A stretch of 64,000 nt of DNA from Rhodanobacter sp. (GTDB taxonomy: Bacteria; Pseudomonadota; Gammaproteobacteria; Xanthomonadales; Rhodanobacteraceae): the NCBI GenBank assembly GCA_036563155.1, contig DATCMT010000026.1:7034-71033 (forward strand). Direction: 5' to 3'. The notes under the pieces are model-generated. The model had not been told where the DNA came from. It did not search any database and worked only from the letters and a program-made list of their open reading frames with translations. Both the position numbers and the translations under genes were made by a program. This document shows, piece after piece, positions 10,609 through 19,073 of this stretch (positions are counted from its first letter, which is position 1; every line of letters begins with the position of its first letter).

Positions 10609-11355
10609 GTGCCGACACCCGCTGATCGCCCGGTTGCCTTGATCACTGGCGCGGGACGGCGCGTGGGGGCGGTGATCGCGCGTACCCTGCATGCGGCCGG
10701 CTTCGATCTGGCCCTGCACTATCGCCATTCAATTGACGGCGCCGCGGCGCTGCGCGATGAGCTGGAGCAGCACCGCGCCGATAGCAGTTTGCTGCTGCAG
10801 GCCGAGCTGGCCGATCTCGCGGCCTTGCCGCGACTGGTCGAGCAAGTGCTGGGCCGCTACGGGCGGCTCGACGCGCTGGTCAACAACGCCTCGGCGTTCT
10901 TTCCCACGCCGATGGGAACCGCTACGGAGCAGCAGTGGAACGAGCTGTTCAGCCCCAACGCACAGGCCCCGTTCTTTCTCAGCCAGGCGGCGATGCCGGC
11001 ACTGCGCCAGGCGCACGGCGGCATCGTCAACCTGATCGACATCTACGCCGAACGACCGCTGGCCGACCACCCGCTGTACTGCATGGCCAAGGCCGCACTG
11101 GCAGCGATGACCCGTTCATTGGCCCTCGATCTCGGCCCCGACGTGCGCGTCAACGGCGTGGCGCCGGGCGCGGTGATGTGGCCCAGCGATGGCAAACCGC
11201 ATACCGACCAGCGCGCGATGCTGGAACGCACACCGCTGCAGCGCGCGGGCACGCCCGAAGACGTGGCCGCTGCCGTCTTGTGGCTGTTGCGCGACGCACC
11301 GTTCGTGACCGGCCAGATCATCCGGGTGGATGGCGGACGCACGTTGTCCGTGTGA
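10609..11355 (+). CDS. folM: Pteridine reductase (FolM/PTR1-like SDR)
   Basis: ALITGAGRRVG..LHYRHS, LVNNAS.F.PT, YCMAKAAL, VNGVAPG; GGAG RBS before GTG 10609; near folK/folB. Confidence 0.88.
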   Translation: MPTPADRPVALITGAGRRVGAVIARTLHAAGFDLALHYRHSIDGAAALRDELEQHRADSSLLLQAELADLAALPRLVEQVLGRYGRLDALVNNASAFFPTPMGTATEQQWNELFSPNAQAPFFLSQAAMPALRQAHGGIVNLIDIYAERPLADHPLYCMAKAALAAMTRSLALDLGPDVRVNGVAPGAVMWPSDGKPHTDQRAMLERTPLQRAGTPEDVAAAVLWLLRDAPFVTGQIIRVDGGRTLSV

Positions 11356-11365
11356 GGCCGGCCGA

Positions 11366-12226
11366 TTACTTCTTTTTGGGTGCGAAGGCTTGCTGCAGCA
11401 GCGCCTGATCAAAGCCGACACTGACTTCGCCGGCCTCGGCATAGCGATAAAGCGCCGCCGCATAAATACCCTGCAGCGAGGACTGGATCAGGCCGAGCAG
11501 GACGAAACCAAGCACCACGACCACCACCGTCAGCACGATCGCCGCCAGCGACTGCAGCGCCACGGCGCCCGCGATCAGCACGGCGCCGACGATCGCGGCC
11601 AGCACCATCAACAGCCCGAACACGATGCCGATACCACCCTGGCCGATCAGGTTTTCGCCCCAACTGCGTTTGAGCAATTCCACGCTGTGCTTGACCGCAT
11701 CGACCGGCCCAACATCCTTGCTGACCAGCACCGGCACCACCAGGAAGGTAGCCACCGTCCACGCCAGTCCGATGAAACCGATCACCATCCGCCCGATCAG
11801 TCCGAGCCGCTCTTGCACCATCCGCAGCAGCACGCCGACCGTGGCGGCGATCAGCGCGTAGCCAAGAATCTGCGGCAACTTCGCCCGGGCCAGCGCAAAG
11901 CCGGCACCAACACTGGCAGGCTCACCACGCAGGCGCATCAGCGCCACGGCGGTCAGCGCGGACTGGAAAAAAATGATTACGAAGTACTGCACCAGGTAAA
12001 AACCGAACAGCAGCACATAGGCAGCCGGTGACATATCCGGTTGCATTTCCGCCCCGGCCAATCCGCTGCTCATCGTCATGACGCCCACTGGAATCAGAAA
12101 GCTGGCCGCCACCAACAACGTGCACAAGCCCGACAACAGTGGAAACAACAGCAGCGACTTGTCCGAACGCAGCACCGCCGCGCTCGCCTTCAGCAACGCC
12201 CAACTGCGTGCCATCTTCCCGGCCAT
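11366..12226 (-). CDS. Conserved multi-pass membrane protein (DUF6159-like)
   Basis: RSWALLKASAAVLRSDKSLLLFP; several hydrophobic segments; RBS GGAGGG. Confidence 0.75.
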   Translation of the reverse strand: MAGKMARSWALLKASAAVLRSDKSLLLFPLLSGLCTLLVAASFLIPVGVMTMSSGLAGAEMQPDMSPAAYVLLFGFYLVQYFVIIFFQSALTAVALMRLRGEPASVGAGFALARAKLPQILGYALIAATVGVLLRMVQERLGLIGRMVIGFIGLAWTVATFLVVPVLVSKDVGPVDAVKHSVELLKRSWGENLIGQGGIGIVFGLLMVLAAIVGAVLIAGAVALQSLAAIVLTVVVVVLGFVLLGLIQSSLQGIYAAALYRYAEAGEVSVGFDQALLQQAFAPKKK

Positions 12227-12376
12227 GCGCACCCCTCCCGTCAATGATTGATTCCACCGCCCCGATTACCTCACCCGCGGTGCACAGGCACTGGCCCTGC
12301 CCGCCGACACTTGTCGCGAGCATCGAGGTACCCGCTATCTAACCATTAGCGCGGACCGGGCGACAGTGCAGCAGCG

Positions 12377-12865
12377 TCAGTCCAGCGGCGGCTCCGGCTC
12401 CAGCGGCTCAGACTGCAGTGGAAACGCCGCCCACATATCCGCCATGGTCTTCCCACTGAGCGGATGCCGGAACGCCGGGGCAATGTCAGCGATCGGCCGC
12501 AGCACGAAAGCATGTTGCAACTCCCTGCGCGGCAGTTGCAGATGGCCGGGGCCGTCGAGCACCAGGGCGTCGTAGAACACGATATCGATGTCCAGCGTGC
12601 GGTCCGAGAAGCGCGGCACGTCGCGGCGGCGCCCGTGACGGTCCTCCAGCGCATGCAGCCAGTCGTTCAATGCCTGCGGCGACAGCATCGTGTCCAGCCC
12701 CACCGCAAGATTGACGAAGTCCCCGCCGTCGAAGCCCACCGCACGGCTGCGATAGGCCGGCGACACGTCGATCGGGCCGAACTTTTCGCGCAGTTCGCGG
12801 AGCGCAGCCGCCAGATGGGCGCGTGGTTCCAGATTGGAGCCGAGGCTCAGATAAACGCGCGCCAT
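12377..12865 (-). CDS. folK: 2-amino-4-hydroxy-6-hydroxymethyldihydropteridine diphosphokinase
   Basis: VYLSLGSNL, FVNLAV, RTLDIDIV, FVLRPIADI. Confidence 0.96.
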   Translation of the reverse strand: MARVYLSLGSNLEPRAHLAAALRELREKFGPIDVSPAYRSRAVGFDGGDFVNLAVGLDTMLSPQALNDWLHALEDRHGRRRDVPRFSDRTLDIDIVFYDALVLDGPGHLQLPRRELQHAFVLRPIADIAPAFRHPLSGKTMADMWAAFPLQSEPLEPEPPLD

Positions 12866-12870
12866 CCCGA

Positions 12871-14151
12871 TCAAGCCCCGGCGGAATCGTCGGACCCGCT
12901 TTCGCCGCGCGGCCGAACTGGCTGTGCCGGGCCCGGTAGCAGCGCCGCCCGCACATCCTGGCCGGAAGGCTGCTGGTACAACGCCAGCCCGAACTCCGGC
13001 AGCAGCGCGAACAGGTGGTCGAAGATATCGGCCTGGATGCCCTCGTACTCGGTCCACTTGACCGTGGCGGTGAAGCAGTACAGCTCCAGCGGAATGCCCT
13101 GCGGCCCGCTGGCCAGCTGGCGCACCATGCAGGTGAAGTCACGATGGATGCGGGGATCGCTGTCCAGATACGCCTGCACATAGGCGCGAAACGTCCCCAG
13201 GTTGGTCAGGCGGCGGCGATTGGCCGCCACGCCGGCGGCATCGCCCAGTGCCTCGTTCCAGCGCGTCACCTCACGTTCTTTCGACGGCAGGTAGTCCGCC
13301 AGCAGGCGCATGCGGGACAAGCGTTGCACCGCAGCCTCGTCCAGGAAGTGCACGCTGGCCGCGTCGATATACAAGGCCCGCTTGATCCGGCGCCCGCCCA
13401 CCTCCTGCATGCCGCGCCAGTTCTTGTAGGACTCCGAAATCAACCGCCAGCTGGGAATGCTGGTGATCGTCTTGTCCCAGTTGCGCACCTTGACCGTGTG
13501 CAGCGCGATATCAATCACGTCGCCGTCGGCATTGAGCTGCGGCATCTCGATCCAGTCACCCACCCGCAGCATGTCGTTCGACGACAACTGCACGCCGGCC
13601 ACGAAACCCAGGATGGTGTCCTTGAAGATCAGCATCAGCACCGCCGACATCGCGCCCACGCCGGACAACAGCAGGCCAACCTGCCGACCGGTGATGGCCG
13701 CGATAATGACCAGCGTCGCGATGACGAACAGGGCAATCTTGATCAGCTGGACCAGGCCCTTGATCGAGCGCTGCTGACCACGCGGAGTCTGCCGGTACAT
13801 GTCCTCACTGGCGGACAGCGCCGCACTGATGGCCATCACCACGCAGAACACCACCACGGCCGTCATCACGTTACCGAGCAGGCTCTCGGTGCTGGCGGCC
13901 ACATCCGGCACCAGCACGATGCCGTATTGCACGATCAGTGCCGGCACCGCCCGCGCCAGCCAGCGGAACACGCCATGCCGCAGCAGCACATCATCCCAAC
14001 GGGTGGCCGTTCGCGCGGCGACCCCGCGCAGCACGCGCAACAGCACCCGACGGACCAGCAATCCGGCCAGCCAGGCCAACGCCAGCAAGGCCAGCAGGCC
14101 CAGCGTGGTGCGCATCCAGGGAAGGCTCATCAGGTCTTGCAAGGTCTGCAT
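12871..14151 (-). CDS. MscS-family mechanosensitive channel (YbdG-like)
   Basis: FKDTILGFVAGVQL..VGDWIEM..DGDVIDIALHTVKVRNWDKT; GGRRIKR. Confidence 0.92.
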   Translation of the reverse strand: MQTLQDLMSLPWMRTTLGLLALLALAWLAGLLVRRVLLRVLRGVAARTATRWDDVLLRHGVFRWLARAVPALIVQYGIVLVPDVAASTESLLGNVMTAVVVFCVVMAISAALSASEDMYRQTPRGQQRSIKGLVQLIKIALFVIATLVIIAAITGRQVGLLLSGVGAMSAVLMLIFKDTILGFVAGVQLSSNDMLRVGDWIEMPQLNADGDVIDIALHTVKVRNWDKTITSIPSWRLISESYKNWRGMQEVGGRRIKRALYIDAASVHFLDEAAVQRLSRMRLLADYLPSKEREVTRWNEALGDAAGVAANRRRLTNLGTFRAYVQAYLDSDPRIHRDFTCMVRQLASGPQGIPLELYCFTATVKWTEYEGIQADIFDHLFALLPEFGLALYQQPSGQDVRAALLPGPAQPVRPRGESGSDDSAGA

Positions 14152-14297
14152 CAACTCGTTCCTGTCGGCACGGCCCGCCCTCAGGTCGGCGGGGCGCGAA
14201 GCGGCGCGACTTCAGCCGCGACTGGCGTTCATGTACCCGGCAAGGATGGAGACAATCCGCGCGCGGCACAACCGCGAACAACCCCCTTTGGGCGACA

Positions 14298-14657
14298 TCA
14301 GGCCGGTCGCGTCCCCCGCTCGATGCAGACGCCGACAGCTCTGGCACCTCGCACGGCGCCGGGCTTGGACAGCTTCAGACGGACCCAGTCCACTCCGAAT
14401 TCCTCCCGGATGATCGCAGCACAGCGTTCGGCCAGCGTTTCGACCAGACCAAAGCTGGACGCTTCCACATAGCCGATCAGCCGCTTGGAAACGTCCTTGT
14501 AGTTGAGCGTCTTGCTGATGTCGTCGTGCGCGGCGGGCACCGTGTTGTCGAACGCCATCTCGATATCCAGCGACAGCGTCTGGCGCACTCGACGCTCCCA
14601 ATCGTAGATGCCGATGACGGCATCGATGCGGAGGTCTTCGATGAAAACAATATCCAT
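14298..14657 (-). CDS. folB: Dihydroneopterin aldolase
   Basis: MDIVFIEDLRIDAVIGIYDWER, LNYK, LVETLAE, KPGAV..VGVCIER. Confidence 0.97.
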   Translation of the reverse strand: MDIVFIEDLRIDAVIGIYDWERRVRQTLSLDIEMAFDNTVPAAHDDISKTLNYKDVSKRLIGYVEASSFGLVETLAERCAAIIREEFGVDWVRLKLSKPGAVRGARAVGVCIERGTRPA

Positions 14658-14792
14658 GGTGGTCGTCACGAAAGGCTACGGCGGTACAGGGTCGGCGAGC
14701 CGCCGCGCGGATGCAAGTCCGGTTTCGTTGCGCGAGATGGGTAGCCAGCCGCCACCCGGCCACCTCGACAACGGTTCGATGCGGCAAGCGGG

Positions 14793-15371
14793 TCAGGGTT
14801 CCCGGGACGCGCGCATCGCCTTGAGGCCACCGGTCCAGAACAGCAATTCGTCCAGCAAGCTGGTGGCGGACTTGTCGACCAACTCGTTGGAGTTGAAGCG
14901 GCCTTCGGCGTCGAGTTGTTTGGCCACCATCGGCACCATCACACCTTCCATCATCGGCATCATTTTCAGCGTGGTGACCAGCAGCTTGGCAGCCTGCACG
15001 CCGCGCAGACCACCGGAGACGCCGCCGTAGCTGACAAAGCCGCACGGCTTGTAGTTCCATTCGCGGTAAACGAAGTTCAACGCGTTGACCAGGGCGGGAG
15101 TCGGGTTGTAGTTGTACTCGGGCGTGACAAAGATGTAGGCATCAGCGGCGGCCACGCTCTCGCTCCAGCGCTTGGTATGCGCGTGCTGGTACTTCTGTTG
15201 CGCGGGATGCACCGGCTCGTCGTAGATCGGCAGATTGAAATCAGCCAGATCGATCAGGTGGGCGTCGAACTTGCCGTGTCGCACCGAAAAATCATGAAAC
15301 CAGCGCGCGACTGCCGGCCCGACCCGGCCGGGCCGGGTGCTGCAAATGATCGTGTGAAGCCGAGGTGACAT
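14793..15371 (-). CDS. NADPH-dependent FMN reductase
   Basis: CSTRPGRVG, FVTPEYN, NALNF..W.YKP, SYGGVSGGLR. Confidence 0.92.
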   Translation of the reverse strand: MSPRLHTIICSTRPGRVGPAVARWFHDFSVRHGKFDAHLIDLADFNLPIYDEPVHPAQQKYQHAHTKRWSESVAAADAYIFVTPEYNYNPTPALVNALNFVYREWNYKPCGFVSYGGVSGGLRGVQAAKLLVTTLKMMPMMEGVMVPMVAKQLDAEGRFNSNELVDKSATSLLDELLFWTGGLKAMRASREP

Positions 15372-15583
15372 GGTGATGACTCCTGATACGCAAGGAACGA
15401 AACCGACGACAAGCGTGGCTTGCCTGATTCATTCCATTGTATCGGCCGGCCTGTGAACGTCCCGGGCGTCGGCCGCAACACTGCGTTTTCCACACGAAAC
15501 GCAGGCGCTGAAGTGGCGCGCCCACAGGCATTGGTCATGGCGTCCATCATCTGTTGCGATTGCACTCATGCGATCATGCGCGG

Positions 15584-16963
15584 ATGACCGCCTTCAGTAC
15601 GCTTCCGCTCAAACCCGCCCTGCTCGCCAGCGTCGACACGCTGGGTTACACCGAGATGACCCCCGTCCAGGCGCAAAGCCTGCCGCCGATGCTGGCCGGG
15701 CGGGACGTGATCGCGCAGGCGCAGACCGGCAGCGGCAAGACCGCCGCGTTTGGCTTGAGCCTGCTGCAAAGCCTCGACGCGGACGCCATCCGCTTGCAGG
15801 CGCTGGTGCTGTGTCCCACCCGCGAGCTGGCCGATCAAGTCAGCAAGTCGATCCGCAAACTGGCCGCCAACATCCCCAACGTGAAGCTGTTGACCCTGTG
15901 TGGCGGCATGCCGCTGGGCCCGCAGTTGGCTTCGCTCACGCATGATCCGCATATCGTGGTCGGCACACCGGGGCGGGTGCAGGAGCATCTGAAGCGCAAG
16001 AGCCTGCACGGCGGCGGCATCACGGTGCTGGTACTGGACGAAGCCGACCGCATGCTGGACATGGGTTTTTCCGAAGCGATTGACGACATTATCGGGCGCA
16101 TTGCGAAACACCATCAGACCTTGCTGTTTTCGGCTACGTATCCGGACGAAATCCGCGCAGTGAGCGAACGCGTGCAAACCGACCCGGTCGTGGTGACGGT
16201 GGATGTACCGGCCGAGGAGCAGCCGGCGATCGAGCAGCGCTTCCACGAGGTCGAACCGGCGCACAAACCCGATGCGCTGGCGCAACTGCTGGGCGGGTCG
16301 CATGACGGGCAGGCGCTGGTGTTCTGCAACATGCGTCGCGAGGTCGATGCCGTCGCCCAGGAGCTCGACCGCCGTGGCTTTTCCGCCCTCGCACTGCATG
16401 GCGACATGGAGCAGCGGGACCGCGACGAAGTACTGGTGCGCTTCGCCAACCACAGCTGCGCCGTGCTGGTGGCCACCGACGTGGCGGCGCGCGGCCTCGA
16501 CATCATCGGGCTGCCGTTGGTGGTGAGCTACGACATCGCCCACGATCCCGAAACCCACACCCACCGCATTGGCCGCACCGGTCGTGCCGGCCAGACCGGC
16601 ACGGCAATTACGCTATGCACGCCGCGCGAGCGGCCGAAGGCGGCGAACATCGAGGAACTGACCGGCGCACCCTTGCCGTGGCGGCCGTTGAAGGTCTCGC
16701 CGCCTCGGGGCAAGACGCTGCATCTGGCGCCGATGAAGACCCTGGTGATCGACGCCGGCCGGCAGGACAAGCTGCGTCCCGGCGACATCCTTGGCGCGCT
16801 CACCGGCGATGCGGGACTGGCAGCGAAAGACATCGGCAAGATCGACGTGTTCGCCACTCGCGCCTACGTGGCGATCACCCGCGCGCTGGCGAACAAGGCA
16901 CTGGAGCGACTCCGCGCGGGCAAGATCAAGGGCCGCAACTTCCGCGTCCGTCCGTTAGGCTGA
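15584..16963 (+). CDS. dbpA: ATP-dependent RNA helicase DbpA
   Basis: AQTGSGKT, PTRELA, DEAD, SAT, HRIGRTGR, C-terminal DKLRPGDILGAL RNA-binding domain. Confidence 0.96.
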   Translation: MTAFSTLPLKPALLASVDTLGYTEMTPVQAQSLPPMLAGRDVIAQAQTGSGKTAAFGLSLLQSLDADAIRLQALVLCPTRELADQVSKSIRKLAANIPNVKLLTLCGGMPLGPQLASLTHDPHIVVGTPGRVQEHLKRKSLHGGGITVLVLDEADRMLDMGFSEAIDDIIGRIAKHHQTLLFSATYPDEIRAVSERVQTDPVVVTVDVPAEEQPAIEQRFHEVEPAHKPDALAQLLGGSHDGQALVFCNMRREVDAVAQELDRRGFSALALHGDMEQRDRDEVLVRFANHSCAVLVATDVAARGLDIIGLPLVVSYDIAHDPETHTHRIGRTGRAGQTGTAITLCTPRERPKAANIEELTGAPLPWRPLKVSPPRGKTLHLAPMKTLVIDAGRQDKLRPGDILGALTGDAGLAAKDIGKIDVFATRAYVAITRALANKALERLRAGKIKGRNFRVRPLG

Positions 16964-16990
16964 TCACCCCACCCGTCTGGAAGCCGACCG

Positions 16991-17767
16991 ATGCTGCGCT
17001 GGCCGCTTGTCATGTTCGCCGTCACCTTGCTGGCTTTCACCCAGGTCACGCGCGCCGCCATACCGGTCTACGGCTACGAAGTCGTGCGCGCCTACCCGCA
17101 CGATACCGGCGCCTACACCGAGGGCCTGTTCTACAAGGATGGCTTTCTGTATGAGAGCACCGGTCGACTCGGCGCCTCGACGCTGCGCAAGGTGGAACTG
17201 GAAACCGGCTTGGTAGTTCAGCTCCATCGTTTGCCGAAACGGTACTTCGGCGAAGGCATCGTCGACTGGAAGAACCAGCTGGTGCAGCTGACCTGGCAAA
17301 GCCAGCTGGGCTTTGTCTACGACCTGGCCAGCTTTGCTCCGCAACGCACGTTCAACTACCTCGGCGAAGGCTGGGCACTGACCCGCGATCATCAACACCT
17401 CTACATGAGCGACGGTTCACCGGTCCTGCGCGTGCTGGACCCGGAAACGCTGGCGGTCATCCGCCAGATCCACGTGACCGCCGAGGGCGTGCCGGTGAAC
17501 CGCCTCAATGAGCTGGAGTGGGTGGACGGCGAAATCTACGCCAACGTGTGGCTGACCGACCGCATTGCGCGGATCGACCCGGCCAGCGGCAAGGTCGTGG
17601 GCTGGATCGACCTCAGTGGATTGTTCGACAGCAGCCAGCTACCCAATCCCGTCGATGATGTGCTCAACGGCATCGCGTGGGATGCCACGCGCAAGCGCCT
17701 GTTCGTCACCGGCAAGTCCTGGCCGAAGCTGTACGAGATCAAGCTGGTGCGCAAGCCGATTCGCTGA
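16991..17767 (+). CDS. Glutaminyl-peptide cyclotransferase (beta-propeller, type I)
   Basis: YPHDTGAYTEGL, YESTG, YFGEGI, QLTW, GEGWALT, LNELE, VLNGIA. Confidence 0.93.
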   Translation: MLRWPLVMFAVTLLAFTQVTRAAIPVYGYEVVRAYPHDTGAYTEGLFYKDGFLYESTGRLGASTLRKVELETGLVVQLHRLPKRYFGEGIVDWKNQLVQLTWQSQLGFVYDLASFAPQRTFNYLGEGWALTRDHQHLYMSDGSPVLRVLDPETLAVIRQIHVTAEGVPVNRLNELEWVDGEIYANVWLTDRIARIDPASGKVVGWIDLSGLFDSSQLPNPVDDVLNGIAWDATRKRLFVTGKSWPKLYEIKLVRKPIR

Positions 17768-17783
17768 ATCAGCGCAAACGGGT

Positions 17784-19019
17784 TCAGCGCTGCAACCAAC
17801 GCGCGGCGCCGCGACCGGCAGTCAGTCCGCTGGCGAAACACGCGGTGAGCAGATAGCCACCGGTAGGCGCTTCCCAGTCCAGCATTTCGCCGGCACAAAA
17901 AACACCGGGACGATCGCGCAGCATCAGGCTTTCATCGAGTGCCTCCAGGCGCACGCCGCCCGCAGTGCTGATCGCCTCAGCCACCGGTCGCGGCGCCTGC
18001 AGAGACAGCGGCAGGGCCTTGAGTTGGGCCGCCAGCGCCAACGGATCGGCCAGTACCGCTTTGGCGGTCAGCTCGAACACCAGGGCCGCCTTGGCACCAT
18101 CCAGCCCCGCACGACGGCGTAACCAGTCGCCCATGCTGTGCCTGCCACGCGGCGCAGCGAGCCGCTCGGCCAGGGCGGATTCGGTGTAGCCCGGCACCAG
18201 ATCCAGGCTCAGGGTGGCGCAGCCGCGCTCGGCAAGCTGCTCGCGCAATTCGGCGCCGATCGCATAGATCAGGCTGCCTTCAATGCCGTATTCGCTGAGC
18301 ACGAACTCGCCCTGACGCGCGTGGCTCACGCCGCCGCGGTCGACCCAGTGCGCCACGACCGGCTTCAGCGGTGCCCCGGCGAAGCGGCTGCGCAGGTGTT
18401 CGCTCCACGCCAGCTCGAATCCGCAGTTGGCCGCTTGCAGCGGCGCGACATCGACCCCGGCGTTTCGCAGGGGCGCGACCCACCCACCATCGGATCCCAG
18501 CCGTGGCCAACTGGCGCCGCCAAGCGCCAACACGGTCGCACCCGCCGACACGGCCCGTTCGCCCTGCGGCGTGGCGAAGTGCAGCGCCCCGTCCGCCTGC
18601 CAACCGAGCCAGCGATGATTCACATGAAAGGTCACGCCCGATTCGCGCAGGCGACGCAGCCAGCCGCGCAGCAGCGGCGCGGCTTTCAGGTCGCGCGGGA
18701 ATACCCGCCCGGAACTGCCGACAAATGTTTCCACGCCGAGCCCACGGGCCCACTCGCGCGTGGCGGCCGCATCGAACACCGCCAGCCAGCGGCCCACCGC
18801 ATCGCGCCGCTCGCCGTAGCGCTCGACAAAGCGCGCGGCGGGCTCACCGTGGGTCAGGTTGAGGCCACCCTTGCCGGCGAGCAGGAATTTCCGCCCGACC
18901 GAGCCCTTGGCCTCGTACAGATCGACCGTCACACCAGCCGCACACGCAGCTTCGGCCGCCATCAGTCCCGCCGGACCGCCGCCGATGATTGCCAGTCTCG
19001 GGGTGGCCGGGCCGCTCAT
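17784..19019 (-). CDS. HI0933/BaiN-family FAD-dependent flavoprotein
   Basis: IIGGGPAGL, GRKFLLAGKGGLNLTH, VGSSGRVFP, AISTAGG, GEMLDWEAPTGGYLLT. Confidence 0.92.
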   Translation of the reverse strand: MSGPATPRLAIIGGGPAGLMAAEAACAAGVTVDLYEAKGSVGRKFLLAGKGGLNLTHGEPAARFVERYGERRDAVGRWLAVFDAAATREWARGLGVETFVGSSGRVFPRDLKAAPLLRGWLRRLRESGVTFHVNHRWLGWQADGALHFATPQGERAVSAGATVLALGGASWPRLGSDGGWVAPLRNAGVDVAPLQAANCGFELAWSEHLRSRFAGAPLKPVVAHWVDRGGVSHARQGEFVLSEYGIEGSLIYAIGAELREQLAERGCATLSLDLVPGYTESALAERLAAPRGRHSMGDWLRRRAGLDGAKAALVFELTAKAVLADPLALAAQLKALPLSLQAPRPVAEAISTAGGVRLEALDESLMLRDRPGVFCAGEMLDWEAPTGGYLLTACFASGLTAGRGAARWLQR

Positions 19020-19073
19020 GGGTCTATGGTCGCACGCCGCGGCGGCAAGTCGATAACGCCGCGCCAGGCCAGC

